The notes beneath the pieces were generated by a model. The model searched no databases. It was given only the letters and a program-made list of their open reading frames with translations, and was not told the origin of the DNA. Shown in pieces: positions 58,601 through 64,000 of a stretch of 64,000 nucleotides of DNA. The stretch covers positions 992,001 to 1,056,000 of the forward strand of contig MU056000.1 of the NCBI GenBank assembly GCA_013239625.1. Reading direction: 5' to 3'. The DNA comes from Lama guanicoe. Taxonomy: Eukaryota. The stretch's first letter is position 1. Each line of letters opens with the position of its first letter. The position numbers and the translations under genes are program-made.

Positions 58601-60574
58601 TCCCCTCGCACTCTGTCTGTCAAGCTCTCACCTCTCTGAGACCCAGCTGAGCACCCTCCCTGCTCACCGCAGCCTGTGAGCATCGCTGCAGAGGGAACCA
58701 GCGAAGCAGGGAGGCGGACAAGACAGGCGTGTGCCGACCGGCGGGTAGGGCCCTCCCTGCTCTCCCCCAGCCCCGGGCTGTGTCGTCTTGTCCGCCCTGC
58801 ACCCTGGGCTGTCTGCAGGGTCCCAGGTGGGCAGCGCTCAGCACCTCTCGTGCCTCGCAGGGCCCCCTTCGAGCCCTGCACCACTGGAAAGTGGGGCTTC
58901 CCACCAAGATCGTGCACAGGGCTCCATCAGCTTGCCCTTCGCTGATCTGACGAGATGAACTTGACTACGATGCATGTAAAATAACGCAAAGATTGGAGAA
59001 GCCAAGGCGGAAAATGCTAGGCTGATACCCTTCCTCCTGGCCCGCACCTGCCCTTCTGACGGCCACACCTCTGCCTCTTTGTCACCGTCTCCATGAGGCT
59101 ACAGAGTCGCCGTGCCATGCGCGCAGTCCTGCTGTGTCTGGTCTCCATCTCCACGTGAACAACAACGGAAGTCGGGCGTCATCCCGCTCCTTCTCTGGGA
59201 GGGCCCTGGAATGACCACATCTCTGTAACGGACACAGAATCGCGATGCGCCAGGTTCAGGCAAAGATCAGAAACACCCTCTGTCTGACATCTGACGCTCC
59301 AGGGACCCAGCGTCACCAAGGCTCTCATCGTACCCGGTGGAGCTCCCGCGGCCCGAAGTCCGTCCTCACCCTCTGTGTGGACGTTGTTGGGGGAGCAGCA
59401 GGCTGGCCGGGGCGGCTGGGGGAGCCTCCTCTGACCCCGGGATGGTGAGACAGGCCTCTCACTTCTTAAAGCCCAGAGTGGACTTGGCTGACTCCTGAGA
59501 GCCTTCAAGGAGCTCATCCTCCTCAGCAGAAAAGTGGAGAAGGTTCTGGGCCTGTCTGGTCCTGAGACTCCGCCTTCACCCCAGGAGCCAGAGGCCTTTG
59601 GCAAAAGGCATTTTTTTCCACAAGCCTTTTTTGGGAAGTTGATTTTGGATGGCAGCCTCTCCCCCCACCAGACTTCTTCCTCCCTCCCGCTGGCCTCCCC
59701 TCACCTCCCTTCCTTCCTGCTGGCCTCTCCCCCTGCAGGTCTCTTTGTCTTGGCTCCCTTCCAAGAGGGCCTGAGGCCGGGGTCAGGTGGAAAGGTCACG
59801 ATGCTTCCTCCCCTGGGCTCTGCTGCCTTCGCCTGATGTGACCCTGGGGAGGGGCTTTCCAGCTTCTTCAACTCAGTGGCTCCAGCGGAACAAATGCTCT
59901 GGCCAGCATCGCTGTGAGGGACACGGCCGACCCCAGACAGGGCTTTCGCAGCACTGCTCGGGAGGGCGCGTCTCCCAGATGGACTGCAGCGCGCTGGCTG
60001 GCACCGGTGCAGGGAGCGAGCTGGGACCCCTCCACAGCCGCACCAGCTCCAAAGACGCTGTGGTTTGAGGGCTGCTCACAGCTTCTCACCACCCCCCATA
60101 TTAATGGTGGCCTCCGCCCCTACCCTGGCCCGGGCTGTTGCTTTGCTTGGAGGCCCGTCCACTGTGGGCGCCTGCAACCCGGGCCTCGCACCCACTAGAG
60201 AGGCTGCCAAAGTGGCCAGCTCGACGTAGGCGGGGGAGGGTAGGGGATGTGCAGCCTCAGTTTCCCTTAATCTGCTGTCACCTGATTTAGGAGCGCCTGC
60301 CTCCCCATGGGCAAGCGGAAGAATCCTTCCGCGGGAAGGGATGGAGCCCTGGAAGGTCTTGCTGCTTCTCTTTCTTCTGTTCGCTTTAGGAGCGCGTGGG
60401 AGCCACAGAGAGGGGGCAGGAATGGAGCAGCAGGATGCAGAGAGACAGAGAGACCCAGCGAGGAGGAGAGAGACTGCGGGGCGGAGGGAAGAGGGAGAGA
60501 GTGGCGGCCAGGCGTCCACAGCCCCGGGAAGAGCCGGGGCATGAATCCATGCACAATCTCCAGAGACTGCCACT

Positions 60575-61050
60575 TTAAATCTTAATTGGTTGCCTTTTAA
60601 ATATCATTTAAGGGCTGGCTTCCCCGCCTCTCTCTCTAGTTAAGAAAGTGTCGTGTCAAACTCCATTACCTTGCTGGACGTCGCTCCCTTTGGTTAAAAA
60701 GGAAAAAAAGGAAAAAAGGGAAAAAAAAGAAAGAGAAAGAAGAAAGAAAAAAAATGGAGCCATCAGCGGCAGTTGGAGGGTCGATAAAGCTTTTAGATTC
60801 GGAGACGGTTTCCGGGAGCCCATTTCCCGCGGCTAAGAGCTGTTAATGGTGCTTAAGGAATTATCTGAGCCGCCGGCGGGAGAGCCGTATATTTCCCGCG
60901 CCTGTTCCCTGTCGGGTCTGGATACGCCGCTGTCAGACTCGCTTAATGAAAAGTAACGCGCCGCTGATTACAGTTTTATTTGGGCCCTATGTAAAGAGCG
61001 CCGTTAATTTAGCATCCCCTCCTTGGTGTGTTTGAATTTGCCACGCCTGA
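60575..61050. promoter_or_regulatory. putative conserved non-coding element (IRX4-proximal enhancer candidate)
   Basis: Non-repetitive, mixed AT/CpG block with many TAAT/ATTA cores (ttaattgg, gttaatgg, ttaatgaa, tgattaca, ttaattta), CTGTCA at 60930 and a polypurine tract at about 60696-60753. Confidence 0.55.
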
Positions 61051-61794
61051 ACGGCTGAGAGCCTCGGTCCCCAGCGCTCCTCTCTGACAGCCTCCCCGGG
61101 AGGGAAGTGGGGCCCCGCTGCACGGACAGCGACCTTTGCCCGCAGCCGCCACTCCTAAAATTCACGCTGCGGTCCCCTCATCCCTGCCGCGTGAGGATCG
61201 GCCAGAGGGTGGGTGAGAGTTTCTCCAGGACCCTTCCAGAGGGTGTCCCCAAGGTAAGGAGCTGGGTCCAAGTGACAGCCCCACCTTTGGCGGCGTCCTC
61301 TGGGGCGATTCGCCCCTGGGATTTGGCTGAATCCTCCCTCCCCACTTGACGTCTTCATTTTACATCATTTTTCAGTTTAATCAAATAAACCCTTTCAGTC
61401 GGCCAGTTCCACCAAGATCTGGAGGCTTCGGCAAATTGGGATTCTGACAGCCCGGTCTGCAGGGACGGGCGGGGCCACCATGCCGCAGCGATGGCTGGAG
61501 CCTGAGGTCCCCAGGGCAACAGGCTCTGGCAGCGGGAGCCCTCTGGGCTGGGGGCTGGCTCCGGGAAGGGCCTGCTCTGGAAGGATCTGAAGTCAGATCC
61601 AACCGGGTCCGCAGCGCGAGCCTGGCCACCCTCGGCCCACAGCCTGGGGCCCCGCGGAGGCCCAAGCCTGGAGTTTTCATCTCCACAGCCCCTCGTGTGC
61701 TTCGTCAAGCCCCCTGCATCAGAGAAGCCTTGCTTTTGCTGAAAATGCCTGGCTTTGTCTGGGGCTGGGTGGGGGTGCGCTTGGCGGCTGCCCT

Positions 61795-62210
61795 CGGCGC
61801 ATTAAAATTCCTGGCGCCCCAGCCTTGCAGCAGCGTCTCCCCCGAGACTCCACTTCCGCTATTACTGTCAAGTCCCCTTGACTCTTTATTTTTGCCCTTT
61901 TATCTATTACAACTAATTCGCGTTCTTTTGCCCTTTTCAGTCTAAGACGCGGGCTTTCTGCAAAGCCTCCCCCTACCAGCGGGCTCTCGGAGCGCGCAGC
62001 CTTTAGAAATTGAGGGGTTTACTGTCAAAATGAAAATTTCACTTCAAATTATCTTGGCTGATGCTCGCTCGCCAGGCCGAGGGCTCCCGCCGCAGCCTTT
62101 TGACAGACACATCGGTGTCGAGCTCCCGAATCTCGATAATATCATCCAAGAGAGCGAAAGTCAATACGGTGACAGCGCCGGGCGGATACAATCCAATTAC
62201 TGCGCGGCCG
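61795..62210. promoter_or_regulatory. putative conserved non-coding element in a CpG island downstream of IRX4
   Basis: Four TGACAG/CTGTCA sites (61865, 62022, 62101, 62170) plus TAAT cores. It resembles, from memory only, human sequence near the IRX4 3' CpG island. Confidence 0.65.
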
Positions 62211-64000
62211 GCGGGGCGCAGGGTCCGCGGCTGCGCCTGGCGCTCCAGGCCTGGGGTTCCAGGCCCCACCACTCAGAGCCGGGTCTGCCCGGGTCCGCCG
62301 GCAGGGCCCCACCGCTGGGAGTGTCGCGTGCCATTTCGCTCTCTAGGGTGGTAAACTCTCCCAACGCCTGGCCCGTCAGGCCCACTTCCCAGCACTCCCG
62401 GCCTGCCCTGGTCTCTTCCAGGGGCCCGGGACCCCACAGGCCCCGCCCGGTGCCACCCACCCCCTCGCAGAAGAAAGCTCAAGCCTGGGCTGTCCCCTGA
62501 CGGGTGCCCACCGGCCCACCTGCAGCTGGCGCCTCTGCGGCTGTCGGTCTGCCTGCCTACTGGCCAAGGGCCACCACCTCCGAGTTCCTGGACCTCCAGG
62601 CCGCTGCGGCCCTGCAGGCTCCCGGGACTTCTACGAAGCCCAGCAGGGCCTTAAGCAGAGGGCTTGCAGGCGAGGGGTGAGCCCTGAGTCCAGGGCAAGC
62701 TCACCAGCCCCCTGGGGACCAGGCACCTGGCGGGGGATGGGGCGGAGGGGGAGCAAGGGAGGAGTGGGGCGGAGCGGGAGGGAGGGAGGCGCAGCGTCCC
62801 CTGTGGGGAGGAAGCCAGTGATTTCCTTCCAGACCCTAGCTGCTGGCCGCCAGCGAACTGGGCTCTGCTGGGGAGGGTGTGAGAGAAGCCAGGGGTCTGC
62901 AGGACCTGGGCTCACACCCTCCTGCCCCGCCCCCGGCCATTCCTTCCAGCCCCGCCTCCCTCCCTGCTGAGGGCTTCCTTCTCCAGGAGCCGCAGGCGCA
63001 GGCTTTTGGAAAGGTGGAGGCTCACAGCGAAGCAGCAGGTCCCCAGAGGGAGGGGGTGGTTAGGAGGCCAGGAGGGCGGCGAACGAGCCTCACTCCCACG
63101 AAGCAGGGGCCGAGCGGCGTCTGCGGCAGGCTCCCCACCCCGACAGGGCACAGTCCCGGGGGATTTAGACGTTTAAAAGTTATTCCAGTTTAACTGAAGA
63201 GACTTCTGCTTTCTCGAAGTCCTGGAGCCTGGCCATGGGGGGAGCTGAAAAGTTCGGGGTCTCCCCTCTGCTCCTGTCAGGGGCTCAGCAGAACCCTGAA
63301 AGTTCACCGTGACTGTTCCCGTGAACACGGGCTTTGCCCTGTAGGCGACTCGAGTGAGGATCTGGGGTGACGGCCCCCCCACTCCTTCCCTTGGGGACCA
63401 GCACCTTTCCTCTTCCAAGTTCCCAAATCACTGGGTTTCAAATGCATTCACTTTGCAATGCAAACACCATCACTCGGTTTTATTGGTTTTGTTATATTAG
63501 CCTCTGAAGCAGGCAATGACTGGTGTGAACATACATTAAAAAACAGTTTTATCGCGTTAAGAGTGTGCAGTAGTGTGAACTCGGTAGGAGTGCTGCTGGG
63601 GAAAATCACGTGTGCTGAGGATGAACTCGGGGGTCTGCAGGCTGAGGGACGGGAACAAGGAACAGGGGCATGCCTCAAATCCAAAAGAGACAGCAAGACA
63701 AACAGGCCTCAGGACGACACGTCTTCTGCGCGTGAACTTTGGGACATAGACTTTATGCTCCAGGGTGTCTCCCTGCTGCTCTGAGGGCCGCCCTATCCTG
63801 CCAGGTCCCCGAGTTTGGAAGTGGCCCAGCCAACCGACTCCTGCTCAGACGCACAGACAGCTGGGGGCTTGTTTGTGACCCTGGGAAACTGAGTTCAGAT
63901 CCTCCCTCTAGGGTGGTTGGTGGCCTGAGCTCTGCCGCGCCCTTGCCTTGCTTTGGAAACTCGGTAGAAAAGGGATCGGCCACGTTGGAGCCTGCAGCCT

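Noticed and set aside
62030-62500. 156-aa ORF in the CpG island as IRX4 or another gene
   Set aside because: No homeodomain or IRO box. I see no IRX4 coding sequence anywhere in the window.
63479-63484. Minus-strand AATAAA as the IRX4 poly(A) signal
   Set aside because: The position is plausible, but I cannot recognise IRX4 3' UTR sequence next to it, and one hexamer is not enough.
1-64000. CRISPR arrays, tRNA/rRNA genes, operon-like or horizontally acquired systems
   Set aside because: No repeat-spacer arrays, structural RNA signatures or prokaryote-like gene clusters were seen. The window is ordinary mammalian intronic and intergenic DNA.

Overview
This is GC-rich mammalian genomic DNA, probably from a camelid (alpaca or camel), inferred from the style of the LINE-1 3' ends and the lack of recognisable ruminant or pig SINEs. 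The only protein-coding sequence I can support is the last two coding exons of NDUFS6 (complex I zinc-finger subunit; + strand, 983-1105 and 1866-1931). The other ~62 kb is intergenic. By mammalian synteny (MRPL36-NDUFS6-IRX4) it should lead up to the 3' end of IRX4, whose coding sequence is not in the window. Repeats include a Charlie1-type hAT fossil with a nested MLT1 LTR, several other MaLR LTRs, an ERV1-type solo LTR and several L1 3' ends, including a three-layer L1 stack at 41.2-43.8 kb. There are also local direct, inverted and tandem duplications and five assembly gaps. Regulatory candidates are one consensus CTCF site, orphan CpG islands and AT-rich islands with homeodomain, MEIS or T-box motifs that look like IRX-cluster enhancers, strongest at 60.6-62.2 kb. 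I found no convincing new gene system. The best leads are regulatory (CTCF boundary and enhancer candidates) and evolutionary (nested L1s, a cluster of duplications, strong AT-to-GC drift in old repeats). Repeat subfamily names come from remembered consensus sequences, not from a database search.
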